Positions 9,294-18,761 of a stretch of DNA of 64,000 nt are shown here, piece by piece. Location of the stretch: NCBI GenBank assembly GCA_026986575.1, contig JALSOH010000006.1, positions 1 to 64,000 on the forward strand, in the 5' to 3' direction. Below the pieces are notes generated by a model. That model searched no databases, was not told the origin of the DNA, and saw nothing but the letters and a program-made list of their open reading frames with translations. This DNA comes from Thermoproteota archaeon (GTDB taxonomy: Archaea; Korarchaeota; Korarchaeia; Korarchaeales; Korarchaeaceae). A program made the position numbers and the translations under genes. The first letter of the stretch is position 1. The number at the start of each line of letters is the position of its first letter.

Positions 9294-10047
9294 GATCGTA
9301 AAACTTACTGGGGATGAGGCCGTTATAGTGGTTGAGGAGGCTAAGCCACCCTTGGTGAATGCCCTAAGGAGGGCCATAATATCGGAGATACCCATATTCG
9401 CCGTTGACGAGGTGATATTCTTCGAGAACTCGACCCCTTTCTTCGATGAGTACATCGCTCACAGGCTAGCCATGATCCCGCTGAAGACAGATCTGGATGT
9501 GGTCAGGGCGGATCCGGATAGGACTGTCGTCCTCGAGCTAGTCAGGGAGGCCAAGGAAGATGTTGAAACCGTTTACTCTGGGGAACTCAAGTCATCGGAT
9601 CCCCTAATCGTTCCAGCCAACGAGAGGATCCCTATAATCAAGATGCGACAGGGTCAGAGGATAAGGCTCCAGGCGGTGGCTAGGCTGGGCAAGGGAAAGG
9701 ATCACTCTAAGTGGCAGCCAGCCGTTGCTGTGGGCTACAGTTACATGCCCATGTACGAACTGAGCAAGGACCTGCTCAAGGAGTGCAGCCTCTCGAAGTG
9801 CGATGAGTGCATGAAGAAGAAGGGGAAGAAGGTCTTGGTGGATTACCCGGTTCTCTGTGAGGGGTGCTTGGAAGCCTTGGAGAGATGCAGGCTGGACAAC
9901 CCAGATAGGGTCGTCAGGGAGTGGGATGACTCTAGGATAATCCTGAGGTACGAGACCACCGGCGCCCTGTCAGCGCAGGAGGTCTTCTTGGAGGCTATAA
10001 ACCAGCTCAAGCTCAAGTTCAACGAATTTTTGGAGAAGCTTGGATGA
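9274..10047 (+). CDS. rpoD: DNA-directed RNA polymerase subunit D (Rpo3)
   Basis: NALRR, DEYIAHRLAMIPL, GKDHSKWQP; Cys-rich Fe-S-type insert. Confidence 0.97.
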   Translation: MKTLRARIVKLTGDEAVIVVEEAKPPLVNALRRAIISEIPIFAVDEVIFFENSTPFFDEYIAHRLAMIPLKTDLDVVRADPDRTVVLELVREAKEDVETVYSGELKSSDPLIVPANERIPIIKMRQGQRIRLQAVARLGKGKDHSKWQPAVAVGYSYMPMYELSKDLLKECSLSKCDECMKKKGKKVLVDYPVLCEGCLEALERCRLDNPDRVVREWDDSRIILRYETTGALSAQEVFLEAINQLKLKFNEFLEKLG

Positions 10048-10088
10048 TTAAGCTTTAATAGGGGAAGACCCCTAGGGGAAGATTGGAA

Positions 10089-10178
10089 GCGGGGGTAGCC
10101 AAGCCAGGTCCAAGGCGCCCGCTTGAGGGGCGGGTGGGCGTCAGGCCCGCGTGGGTTCAAATCCCACCCCCCGCACCA
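10089..10178 (+). tRNA. tRNA-Leu(GAG), CCA encoded
   Basis: GCGGGGG/CCCCCGC acceptor stem; CCCGC-TT GAG GG-GCGGG anticodon arm; variable arm. Confidence 0.97.
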
Positions 10179-10229
10179 TGCATCTTTATTAAAGCCGGCA
10201 ATGCCCCCCTATGTGAGAGGAGGATAGAA

Positions 10230-10592
10230 GTGAAGTCCACGGAACCGACGAACCCAAGGTTGATAAGGATGATAAACAGGCTTGAGAAGGCCTCTAGGGT
10301 TAACAACGCTCCAATCTGGAGGGCCGTCGCGGAGAAGCTCCGGAGGCCAACTAGGGCGAGGATAGAGGTTAATCTCTGGAAGATAGACAAGTACGCGGAG
10401 GGAGCAGCGGCAATCATAGTGCCTGGAAAGGTCCTAGGTGAGGGGGAGATCAAGAAACCCGTTATCGTGGCCGCGGCCAGCTTCTCGTCCGCAGCAAGGA
10501 GGAAGATCGAGGAGGCCGGTGGGAAGGCCTATCTGCTCGACGAGTATGTGGAGGAGAATCCCAAGGGTTCGAACACTAGGATAATCGTGTGA
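10230..10592 (+). CDS. rpl18e: 50S ribosomal protein L18e
   Basis: TNP.L, APIW, VPGKVLG.G, KIEEAGG; the longer ORF from 10083 runs through the tRNA. Confidence 0.96.
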   Translation: MKSTEPTNPRLIRMINRLEKASRVNNAPIWRAVAEKLRRPTRARIEVNLWKIDKYAEGAAAIIVPGKVLGEGEIKKPVIVAAASFSSAARRKIEEAGGKAYLLDEYVEENPKGSNTRIIV

Positions 10593-10606
10593 TGTGAGGT
10601 GGTTGT

Positions 10607-11098
10607 ATGAAGTACGACTTGGTGGTGGACGCTGAGGGGAAGATCCTCGGCAGGATGGCCTCCTACGTGGCCAAGGAGCTATTGAAGGGTAAGAGGGTGG
10701 CCATAGTCAATGCTGAGAAGGCAGTAATTACGGGCAATCCCCAAACAATACTGAAGAAGTACCTAACTAGGAGGTCCATTCAGAGCACCATACACCCTAG
10801 GAAATCGCCGGTACAGTCGAGGACTCCAGACAGGATAGTCTGGAAGACCGTCAGGGGCATGCTTCCCATGAAGAAGGCCAAAGGCAGAGAGGCCCTGAGG
10901 AGGCTAAGGGTTTTCATAGGGCTCCCTGAGGAGCTGGCTGACGTGGAGAAGGACGTTGGTCTCAAAGAGGACGAGAGGACATACATTAAATATACGGTGC
11001 AGTCACTCAAACCGAAGAAGACCAAGGGTTACGTGACCGTGCTCTGGCTGGCCGAACAGCTGGGTTGGAAGGGGGTAAAGTATGTCGAGCAGGAGTAA
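10607..11098 (+). CDS. rpl13: 50S ribosomal protein L13
   Basis: DAEGKILGRMAS, NAEKAVITG, VRGMLP. Confidence 0.97.
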   Translation: MKYDLVVDAEGKILGRMASYVAKELLKGKRVAIVNAEKAVITGNPQTILKKYLTRRSIQSTIHPRKSPVQSRTPDRIVWKTVRGMLPMKKAKGREALRRLRVFIGLPEELADVEKDVGLKEDERTYIKYTVQSLKPKKTKGYVTVLWLAEQLGWKGVKYVEQE

Positions 11099-11507
11099 GC
11101 GTAATGGAGTCCTCGCTCTAGCTTCGTCTAGGAGGAAGACCGCTAGAGCGATGGCCGTCATAAGGAAGGGGAGTGGAAGGCTTTACATAAACGGATTTCC
11201 GGTTGAGATATACGCACCTAACGAATTCGTCAGGATGAAGATACTGGAGCCTCTCTGGCTCGCGAGAGACTACATCTCCGACATCGATATCTACGTTAGG
11301 GTTAAGGGAGGGGGCTTCATGGCCCAGGCGGATGCGGTCAGAATGGCCGTGGGAAGGGCCCTCGTGGAGTACACCGGCAGTGAGCACCTCAAAGAGCTGT
11401 TCAAGGAGTACGACAGGACCATACTCACGGGCGATCCTAGGCAGACGGAGCCCAAGAAGTATGGCGGCAGGAGCGCCAGGGCGAGATTCCAGAAGTCTTA
11501 TAGGTAA
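11082..11507 (+). CDS. rps9: 30S ribosomal protein S9
   Basis: RRKTARA, GGGFMAQA, EPKKYGGRSARARFQKSYR. Confidence 0.98.
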   Translation: MSSRSKRNGVLALASSRRKTARAMAVIRKGSGRLYINGFPVEIYAPNEFVRMKILEPLWLARDYISDIDIYVRVKGGGFMAQADAVRMAVGRALVEYTGSEHLKELFKEYDRTILTGDPRQTEPKKYGGRSARARFQKSYR

Positions 11508-11539
11508 CCTTTTCCATCCCCTTTATGGAGGGATAAGCC

Positions 11540-11944
11540 TTGTCCGTTACCAGAGGTAATGCTGGAGAGCTTAAGAAGGGTAGTTACGTCGTCTTGGATG
11601 GTGAGCCCTGCGAGGTCCTTAGTGTGTCCAAGTCCAAGCCCGGGAAGCATGGGGCCGCCAAGGTGAGGATAGAGGCTAGGGGAATCTTCGACGGGACTAG
11701 GAGATCCAAGATATTCCCGGCCGACGCTTTGGTGGAGATCCCCATAGTGGATAAAAAGACGGCGCAGGTGACCAGCGTTTACGGGAACACCGTCCAGCTG
11801 ATGGATCTGAGCAGCTACGACATGTTCGAGCTTCCCATGCCTGAGGATCCCGATCTGGCCTCCAAGCTGCAGCCGGGCGTGGAGGTCGAGTACTGGGAGT
11901 CCATGGGCAAGAGGAAGATCGTTAGGATAAGGGGCGGCGGTTAG
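11540..11944 (+). CDS. eif5a: Translation factor aIF5A
   Basis: Hypusine-site motif SKPGKHGAAK. Confidence 0.97.
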   Translation: MSVTRGNAGELKKGSYVVLDGEPCEVLSVSKSKPGKHGAAKVRIEARGIFDGTRRSKIFPADALVEIPIVDKKTAQVTSVYGNTVQLMDLSSYDMFELPMPEDPDLASKLQPGVEVEYWESMGKRKIVRIRGGG

Positions 11945-11949
11945 GAGGA

Positions 11950-13269
11950 TTGGTCCTAGATAAGCTCGGGACATCCCTGAGGAAGGCTGTAAGCAGGCTG
12001 AGAGGCCGACCCGTAGTCGATGAAGCAGCGATAAACGAGTTCCTCAGGGATGTCCAGAGGGCTCTTTTAGAGGCGGATGTCAACGTTAAACTCGTCTTGG
12101 AACTCTCCAAGAGAGTTAAGGAACGTGCTCTCAAGGAGGATGTCCCTCCTGGATTCAGCAGGAGGGAACTGGCTGTCAAGATACTTTATGAGGAGCTCAC
12201 CAACCTCTTGGGAAGGAGACCCGCCGAGATAGAGATCGATGGTAAGAGGACTAACGTGATCCTAGTCGTCGGTATAGAGGGATCGGGAAAGACCACCACG
12301 GTGGCTAAGCTCGCCTACTGGTTCTCTAAGAGGTACGGAAAGGTAGCGATCGTGTCATCCGATGTGATAAGGCCAGCTTCGAAGCTTCAACTCGAGCAGA
12401 TGGTCGGGGGTGAGGTACCGGTATTCTGGGAGGACCGTGAGGATCCGGTCCGCATAATGAGAGACGGTCTGGAGAGGTTCAGGAGGGAGAAATATAACAT
12501 CGTCATAGTAGATACCGCCGGGAGGCATAAGGAAGAGGAGGGGCTCATGAAGGAGCTGAGAGAGTACTACGAGGCAGTTAAACCAGACATGGTCATTCTG
12601 GTAGTGGACGGTACCATAGGACAGGCTGCCTATAATCAAGCGAAGGCCTTCGCTGACAGCATCCCGATAGGGGGGGTAATCGTAACCAAGCTGGATGGGG
12701 CCGCCAAGGGTGGAGGAGCCCTCTCGGCGGTGGCCGCGGCTGGTGCTCCCATATACTTCATAGGAACTGGGGAGAAGCTCGATGATCTGGAGAGGTTCGA
12801 TCCCGACAGGTTCGTCTCCAGGCTTTTGGGAGGAGGCGACGTTGTAGAGCTGGCTAGAAGGATGGAAGAGGCCTTCAAGGAATCGGAGCTCTTGGATAGA
12901 ATTTCAAAGGGCAAATTCGACTTGGAGGACTTCAGGGAATACCTTCAGCAGCTCAGGAAGGCAGGTCCCTTGGACAAGCTCTTGGAGATGATACCCGGAG
13001 TGGGTGGAAGGCTCTCCAACTTGGAGTTCGACCCTAAGGAGATGGACCGATGGATGGCCATAATTAATTCAATGACCCCAGAGGAGAGGAGAGAACCTTC
13101 GCTCATCAGGGGCAGCAGGGTAGAGAGGATAGCCAGAGGCTCAGGAGTAACCGCCAAGGATGTGAGGAGACTCCTCAAATCCTACAATCAGGTGAAGAGA
13201 ATGATGGAGTCCATGTCCTCTCCAGCCAAGATGAGACGTTTGATGAGGAGGATGGGCCTTGGAGCCTGA
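11950..13269 (+). CDS. srp54: Signal recognition particle protein SRP54
   Basis: LLEADV, GSGKTTT, DTAGR, TKLDG, GTGE; M domain SMT..ER...RIARGSG. Confidence 0.97.
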   Translation: MVLDKLGTSLRKAVSRLRGRPVVDEAAINEFLRDVQRALLEADVNVKLVLELSKRVKERALKEDVPPGFSRRELAVKILYEELTNLLGRRPAEIEIDGKRTNVILVVGIEGSGKTTTVAKLAYWFSKRYGKVAIVSSDVIRPASKLQLEQMVGGEVPVFWEDREDPVRIMRDGLERFRREKYNIVIVDTAGRHKEEEGLMKELREYYEAVKPDMVILVVDGTIGQAAYNQAKAFADSIPIGGVIVTKLDGAAKGGGALSAVAAAGAPIYFIGTGEKLDDLERFDPDRFVSRLLGGGDVVELARRMEEAFKESELLDRISKGKFDLEDFREYLQQLRKAGPLDKLLEMIPGVGGRLSNLEFDPKEMDRWMAIINSMTPEERREPSLIRGSRVERIARGSGVTAKDVRRLLKSYNQVKRMMESMSSPAKMRRLMRRMGLGA

Positions 13270-14479
13270 TTTTGAGCTGGTAAGGGAGATAGTCGAGAAA
13301 GAGGGGAGACTCTGCAGGTTCTGCATTGGCAGCTTGATAGGCGAGAAGCTCGAGGCTATCCCCAATGCAGTGAAGGGAGCTGCTCTTGAGAGCATACTTA
13401 AACTCACTGGGAGAGGTTCAGAGGAACCGTGTGCGGTCTGCGATGATCTGATAGGTAATTCCATAGATGATCTAGTGGAGAGGGCGTTGAGGCTGCTATC
13501 CAACATCGAATATAACAGTGTGAAAGCAGGGGTGAAGCTGCCTCCATGGTTGATCGAAAGGGAGGATCGACTAAGAGCTAAGTACAACCCTCCCAGCATG
13601 GTATCGGTGAAGCTAACCCTGATCAAGTGGCTAGATCTCATCCTCTCCGCTGAGACGGGCGCACCCATAGAAAAAGACCCTGATGTCTTGGTGACCTTCG
13701 ACCTCACGCTTAAGGACGTTGAGCTCAAGATAAACCCCATCTTCATCTACGGCAGGTATAGGAAGCTCGAGAGGGGCATCTCCCAGTCCCGTAAGAAGTG
13801 TCCCTACTGCGGGGGTAAGGGGTGCGAGAAGTGCAATTGGACAGGTAGGATAGCGGAGGGATCTGTGGAGGGGATGATAGGTGAGGTCATGAGGGAGTTC
13901 TTTGAATCGGACGATTATGTGCTCCATGGTGCCGGGAGAGAGGACGTGGACGCCCGGATGTTGGGAAGAGGGAGACCTTTCGTGATGGAGCTGGTGAATC
14001 CCAAGAGGAGGAGAGCAGACCTCAAGAGGATAGAGGAGGAGATCAATGTTAGGTGGAAAGGTAAGGTGGAAGTACTTGATCTCAGGTATTCCAACAGGGA
14101 GGAGGTAAGAAGACTGAAGGAAGGATCTCCCGAGGTAAGAAAGCTCTACAGGGCCTTGGTCGAGGTGGATGGGGTTGTCACCGACAAGGATCTTGAGAAG
14201 GTTGAAAGAGAACTCACCGGGGCTGTCATAAGGCAGAGGACTCCTAAGAGGGTCGCTTGGAGGAGAGCGGACTTAGTGAGGGTGAGAAAGGTTTACGAGG
14301 TTAAGACCAAGAAGTTGGATGAGAGGACCTTCGAGATGACCGTCCTGTGTGACGGAGGGCTTTACGTCAAGGAGTTAATATCGGGAGATGAGGGGAGGAC
14401 CACCCCCAGCGTTGCCGAGGTATTAGGGAAAAAAGCTTTTTGTAGGGAACTGGATGTGTTAGAGGTACTCGGTCACTGA
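13259..14479 (+). CDS. pus10: tRNA pseudouridine(54/55) synthase Pus10
   Basis: YGRYRK, HGAGREDVDARMLG.GRPF, QRTP.RV, GGLYVKELISGD. Confidence 0.96.
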   Translation: MEPDFELVREIVEKEGRLCRFCIGSLIGEKLEAIPNAVKGAALESILKLTGRGSEEPCAVCDDLIGNSIDDLVERALRLLSNIEYNSVKAGVKLPPWLIEREDRLRAKYNPPSMVSVKLTLIKWLDLILSAETGAPIEKDPDVLVTFDLTLKDVELKINPIFIYGRYRKLERGISQSRKKCPYCGGKGCEKCNWTGRIAEGSVEGMIGEVMREFFESDDYVLHGAGREDVDARMLGRGRPFVMELVNPKRRRADLKRIEEEINVRWKGKVEVLDLRYSNREEVRRLKEGSPEVRKLYRALVEVDGVVTDKDLEKVERELTGAVIRQRTPKRVAWRRADLVRVRKVYEVKTKKLDERTFEMTVLCDGGLYVKELISGDEGRTTPSVAEVLGKKAFCRELDVLEVLGH

Positions 14480-14497
14480 CGAATAGGGTGAGTCGAA

Positions 14498-14794
14498 ATG
14501 GGAAGGAGATCATCCGGATTTCTCTACAAGTCTAGGGACTTCCTCTCGAAGACTCCAAGGGAGCGGGGAAGGCCTTCTCCCGCGAAGTATCTGAGGGAGT
14601 TCGAAGTTGGGGATAAGGTGGTCATAGATGTGGAACCATCTGAGAGGAGGGGTATGCCCCACAGGAGGTACCAGGGCAAGGTCGGCGTGGTTGTAGGGAA
14701 GAGGGGCCACGCCTACTTGGTGGACGTGAAGTTAGGGAACAAAGTGAAGCATCTAATAGTTCTCCCAGTGCATCTCAAGAAGCACAAGGAGTGA
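14498..14794 (+). CDS. rpl21e: 50S ribosomal protein L21e
   Basis: GMPHRRYQGKVG, PVHL. Confidence 0.97.
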   Translation: MGRRSSGFLYKSRDFLSKTPRERGRPSPAKYLREFEVGDKVVIDVEPSERRGMPHRRYQGKVGVVVGKRGHAYLVDVKLGNKVKHLIVLPVHLKKHKE

Positions 14795-14807
14795 ATGAGG
14801 GATCAAC

Positions 14808-15164
14808 TTGTCCCAGTCGGATGCAAGCGGGGAGAGGAAGCCCCTCACGCTCGCTGAGGTGAAGGCCCTAGTCTTCGAGAAGTGGACCTCCAACATGGAG
14901 AGGTTGAACCTCGATCAGAAGAGGCTCCTCACATACCTCTCCAAGTTCACCAAGGTGGAGGACGCCACGAAGGCTAGGGAGGTAGTTGATCAGCTCGTGG
15001 AGAGGTTCAACCTCAAGGAGGAGCACGCGGTCATGCTGGTCAATGTGCTCCCCAAGAGTGTGGAGGAGTTGAAGGCTTACCTCTACAAGGACTACCCTCT
15101 TTTAGGTGAGTCGGACTACAAGGAAATGCTTAACTTATTGAAGGGGCTGAAGGAGGAAGAGTGA
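14808..15164 (+). CDS. rpoF: RNA polymerase subunit F (Rpo4)
   Basis: YL.KF.K, LVNVLP....EL HRDC-like pattern; synteny L21e-rpoF-DUF655. Confidence 0.88.
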   Translation: MSQSDASGERKPLTLAEVKALVFEKWTSNMERLNLDQKRLLTYLSKFTKVEDATKAREVVDQLVERFNLKEEHAVMLVNVLPKSVEELKAYLYKDYPLLGESDYKEMLNLLKGLKEEE

Positions 15165-15748
15165 AACCCGGTGTCGCTAAAATGTGGAGATATGTCCCAG
15201 GCAGGAGAAAGCCCCACGACAGCTGGGCCTATATACTGTACATTGATGAGGCTAGGAGGAGAGTCCAGCTCATCGGAGATCGTTACTTTATCATAATGGA
15301 ATTCATACTCAAGCCCAATGCCCAAGTCTCTCCAATGAAAAAGGTCTACGTGGGGAAGGGGCCGAGACAGGAGGTTAGCAAGTTCCTCAGGTACATGAGC
15401 TATGATGAGCTGGCCCCCTCAGGGAGGATGCTCTTGGAACCCGTGGTTGCGAAGATAATACAGGAGGGAGAGCAGTTCTTCGTGAATTTCTTCAACGAGA
15501 GCGTTCCCATAACCCCGAGGCTGCACCAACTCGAACTCCTGCCCGGGGTGGGCAAGAAGACCCTTATGAAGATACTTGAGGAGAGGAGCAAGAAGCCCTT
15601 CGTGAGCTACTCGGATGTGGCTGAAAGGACTGGACTCAAGGACCCTGCCGATCTTCTGGCTAGGAGGGCCTTGGAGGAGCTCACCGGGAATGAGAAGTAC
15701 TACATACTGGTCGCTCCCAAGAGCATACTGGAGGAGGATCTCATATAG
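15161..15748 (+). CDS. DUF655 family HhH nucleic-acid-binding protein
   Basis: FVNFFN, RLHQLELLPGVGKK, ER..KPF.S. Confidence 0.9.
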   Translation: MKPGVAKMWRYVPGRRKPHDSWAYILYIDEARRRVQLIGDRYFIIMEFILKPNAQVSPMKKVYVGKGPRQEVSKFLRYMSYDELAPSGRMLLEPVVAKIIQEGEQFFVNFFNESVPITPRLHQLELLPGVGKKTLMKILEERSKKPFVSYSDVAERTGLKDPADLLARRALEELTGNEKYYILVAPKSILEEDLI

Positions 15749-15757
15749 CCGTTTTGC

Positions 15758-16498
15758 TCAAACTCTAACTAGAGTACCTGATTCTCCCCTCAACACTCTT
15801 ATCAGGTCTCCCTTCTCGGAGAACCCGGCAATTCTAACCTTCACGCCCAACCTAGCGAGCCGAAATGCCGCCTCCAGCTTGCCTCTCATGGCCCCGGTCA
15901 CGTCGTAAGCGGGTCTTCCCAGATCTGGTATGTTCGCCTCAGTGATCTCCGGGATGACCTCACCATCCTCATTCAGGACTCCCGGCACATCGGCTAGGAA
16001 CACGGCTTCCTCAAGACCCAAAGGAGCTAAGTAGATCGGTATCTCATCCGCGGATAGCACGGAAACTCCCTTAGTATCATCGTAGATCAGGTCACCGTGA
16101 GTTAACGGGACGAGATTGAGATCCATCCACGCCCTAACCGCAGAGAGATCGCAGATCGTCCCCCCACCGATCCTCCTGAATATTGACCTAGGGTGGAAGG
16201 GGAGCACCGGGAGGCCCTCCTCCCACATTAAACTGGCTATCCTCAGACTTAGCTCCATCATCCTTATCGAAGTTTCGGAGACGCCCAACTCTCTGCCAGG
16301 TTTGAAGCCCTCGTGGAGCCTGTACCTCCTGACCGGTGCGTGACCGAACGGACCGGCCCCATGGGCTAGAAAGAGGCTCCTCTCCCGTGAAATCTCTAGG
16401 AGGTCACCTGATACCTCTCGTACAATCTTTTCTCTTACCTCAAAAGCTCCCTCCTTCTTAGGAGTTATTAGAGAGCCTCCCAGCTTTACGTAAAGCAC
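15758..16498 (-). CDS. ipk: Isopentenyl phosphate kinase (amino-acid kinase family)
   Basis: KLGGSLIT.K, HGAG.FGH, HGD, SADE, DVTGAMRGK; start set at GTG 16498. Confidence 0.9.
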   Translation of the reverse strand: MLYVKLGGSLITPKKEGAFEVREKIVREVSGDLLEISRERSLFLAHGAGPFGHAPVRRYRLHEGFKPGRELGVSETSIRMMELSLRIASLMWEEGLPVLPFHPRSIFRRIGGGTICDLSAVRAWMDLNLVPLTHGDLIYDDTKGVSVLSADEIPIYLAPLGLEEAVFLADVPGVLNEDGEVIPEITEANIPDLGRPAYDVTGAMRGKLEAAFRLARLGVKVRIAGFSEKGDLIRVLRGESGTLVRV

Positions 16499-16549
16499 GC
16501 GGGAAACTTTCAGTAATAATTTATAACCCTTCATCGTGACTAAGGAGGG

Positions 16550-18124
16550 ATGAGCGAGGAGATCTTGGTACTGAGTAAGGATGTGTTGCTGAGGGCCCTC
16601 CTGAGGTATGAGCCAGGGTTGTCCCTCATAAAGGGGTCCGTGCTCGTAGTTCCGACCGAGATACTCTCCCAGATAGAGGAAGACGCTTCCAAGGGGGACA
16701 GGTTCAGTGTGGGTGCCCTCACCGAGATGGTCTGGCTGAGGGATTTGGAGAAGGACGGGTACGTCAAGAGAGTCGTGGTAGAGGAACACGGGGGCAGGGG
16801 GCTCGATGCTTTGGCCGAGCTGTCTGAGAAATTGAAAGCTAGGGTGATAACCGGCGATAGGGTCGTGACCCTAGCTCTAAGGGCTAGGGGAGTGGAAGCC
16901 GTGTACATAGGCCCCGAGTACGGGGAGTTCAGGCTTTACAACTTCTTCGATCAGGATACGATGAGCGTCCACTTGAAGGAGGGCGCCCCACCTCTGGCCA
17001 AGAAGGGAAGGCCCGGGGAGTTCAGACTGGTGAGACTCTCCGACAAGCCGATGGAGGAGTTCGAGGTCAGGACCATAGCCTACGAGATACTTGAGAGGGC
17101 CAAGACGGATCCAGAAGCATTCATAGAGGTTAAGTACGGCGACGCCTACGTGATACAGATAGGGGACCTCAGGATACTGGTGGCCTTTCCACCATTCTCC
17201 GACGGTATAGAGATAACTGCCGTGCGTCCCCTCGTCAAGGTCACTCTAGACGATTACAAGCTGAGCGACAAGCTGAAGAAGAGGCTCAGAGAGAGGGCCG
17301 AGGGCATAATAATAGCCGGACCTCCGGGAGCTGGGAAGACCACGTTTGCCAGCGCCTTGGCCGACTTCTACAAGGACAAGGGGAGGATAGTGAAGACCCT
17401 CGAGTCCCCGAGGGACCTCCAAGTGGGTCCGGAGGTGACCCAGTACGGGAGGCTCGCTGGCTCTTTCGAGAATACTGCTGATCTCCTCTTGCTGGTCAGG
17501 CCGGATTACGTTATATTCGACGAGATGAGGAAGACACAAGACTTCAAGATATTCGTGGACATGAGGCTCGCAGGTATAGGGATGGTGGGCGTCGTCCACT
17601 GCGGCTTCCCGATAGAGGCGATACAGAGGTTCATCGGTAGGGTCGACTTGGGCGTGCTCCCCCACGTTGTGGACACGGTGATATTCATCAAGGATGGGAG
17701 GGTGGAGAAAGTCTATAGCCTGAAGATAACGGTGAAGATGCCTGCTGGGATGAAGGATGCCACCCTGGCGAGGCCAGTCGTGCTGGTGAAGGACTTCGAG
17801 ACCGACGCGGTGGAATATGAGATCTACACGTTCGGCGATGAGGTGGTGGTGATGCCCATAAGGGGCAAGGGCAAGGCGCCTGAGGGACCGGAAGCCCCGA
17901 TAAGGTATAGGCTGAGGAAGAGGAAGCACACCATAATACTGGATCTCGGACCGGAGCTGGCTGAAACGGAGGTGACAATCTACTCGGGGGAGAGAGAGAT
18001 CGCCACATTAACCACGGACTCCAAGGGTAAGATCACCTTGGCGAGGAGCAGCCCCGTCGGAAGGAGGATACTGGAGGCTGCTAAATCGGACACGCTGAGG
18101 GTGGTGCCTAGAGAGGAGGGCTGA
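16550..18124 (+). CDS. PIN-domain ATPase (PINA family)
   Basis: FFD..TMSVHLKEG, GPPGAGKTT, TLESPRDL, RPDYVIFDEMR, GMVGVVH. Confidence 0.9.
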   Translation: MSEEILVLSKDVLLRALLRYEPGLSLIKGSVLVVPTEILSQIEEDASKGDRFSVGALTEMVWLRDLEKDGYVKRVVVEEHGGRGLDALAELSEKLKARVITGDRVVTLALRARGVEAVYIGPEYGEFRLYNFFDQDTMSVHLKEGAPPLAKKGRPGEFRLVRLSDKPMEEFEVRTIAYEILERAKTDPEAFIEVKYGDAYVIQIGDLRILVAFPPFSDGIEITAVRPLVKVTLDDYKLSDKLKKRLRERAEGIIIAGPPGAGKTTFASALADFYKDKGRIVKTLESPRDLQVGPEVTQYGRLAGSFENTADLLLLVRPDYVIFDEMRKTQDFKIFVDMRLAGIGMVGVVHCGFPIEAIQRFIGRVDLGVLPHVVDTVIFIKDGRVEKVYSLKITVKMPAGMKDATLARPVVLVKDFETDAVEYEIYTFGDEVVVMPIRGKGKAPEGPEAPIRYRLRKRKHTIILDLGPELAETEVTIYSGEREIATLTTDSKGKITLARSSPVGRRILEAAKSDTLRVVPREEG

Positions 18125-18129
18125 CTAGC

Positions 18130-18660
18130 CTAGCCCCTCTCGATCTCCCTCACCCTCTTTTCCATGTCGATCTCTAGAAGGAACTCCAGCACGGAGGGGG
18201 GCACGAGCTCCCTCCAAGAAGGATCTCCTTTCAACATGAGTTCCCTTATCTTGGTGGCAGCGTACAGATCCCTCTTGAGGAAGGGGATGTTTTCCACCTC
18301 GAGACCGACTCTCTTGAGATCTCTTATCGTCTCAGGATCGTTGGAGAAGGCTATGTCCACCTTGGGCACCCTGTCTAGAACTAGGAGTCCCCAGTCCTCC
18401 TCTGGTGACTCCGTATCAGGCACGGACGATAGCATTATATCCGCCAGGGGGAAGCCCTCCCTTCTGAGAGCCCTCACCAGCATCTCCATCCTCTCGTCCA
18501 CCGATAGTGGATTTCTCGGAACGCAGCAGAACTGGGAGCTGCCTATAGCTATCACCAGCTCGTCGGCCTTGGAAAGAGCGTATCTGAACACGTGCAAGTG
18601 GCCATAGTGGAGCGGTTGAAACCTGCCCACGACGAGAGCCCTCTTCCGCTTCCGCATCAT
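18130..18660 (-). CDS. nadM: Nicotinamide-nucleotide adenylyltransferase (NadM-like)
   Basis: GRFQPLHYGH (HxGH), IGSSQ, NP....ER, WRELVP. Confidence 0.85.
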   Translation of the reverse strand: MMRKRKRALVVGRFQPLHYGHLHVFRYALSKADELVIAIGSSQFCCVPRNPLSVDERMEMLVRALRREGFPLADIMLSSVPDTESPEEDWGLLVLDRVPKVDIAFSNDPETIRDLKRVGLEVENIPFLKRDLYAATKIRELMLKGDPSWRELVPPSVLEFLLEIDMEKRVREIERG

Positions 18661-18677
18661 CGAGAACACCTTCCGGA

Positions 18678-18735
18678 GGGTCAGAGAGGTGCCTTTCGGT
18701 CACTTCTCCCCGGAGTAACTCCTCTTCATCCCCCC
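18678..18735 (-). ncRNA. Candidate C/D-box sRNA or structured leader of nadM
   Basis: Minus strand GGGATGA (C)...AGTGA (C')...CTGA (D) closed by GGG/CCC; internal CC-GAAA-GG hairpin; T-rich element about 25 nt upstream. Confidence 0.45.
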
Positions 18736-18761
18736 AGTGGTCAACCTCACAGTGAAAAATT

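Noticed and set aside
16499-16789. N-terminal extension of IPK overlapping PINA
   Set aside because: Antisense shadow; the KLGGS motif marks the true N-terminus
17246-17929. Long antisense ORFs (also 6979-7635, 13141-13746, 40314-40901 and others)
   Set aside because: Shadows of well-supported genes caused by codon bias; no motifs or RBS
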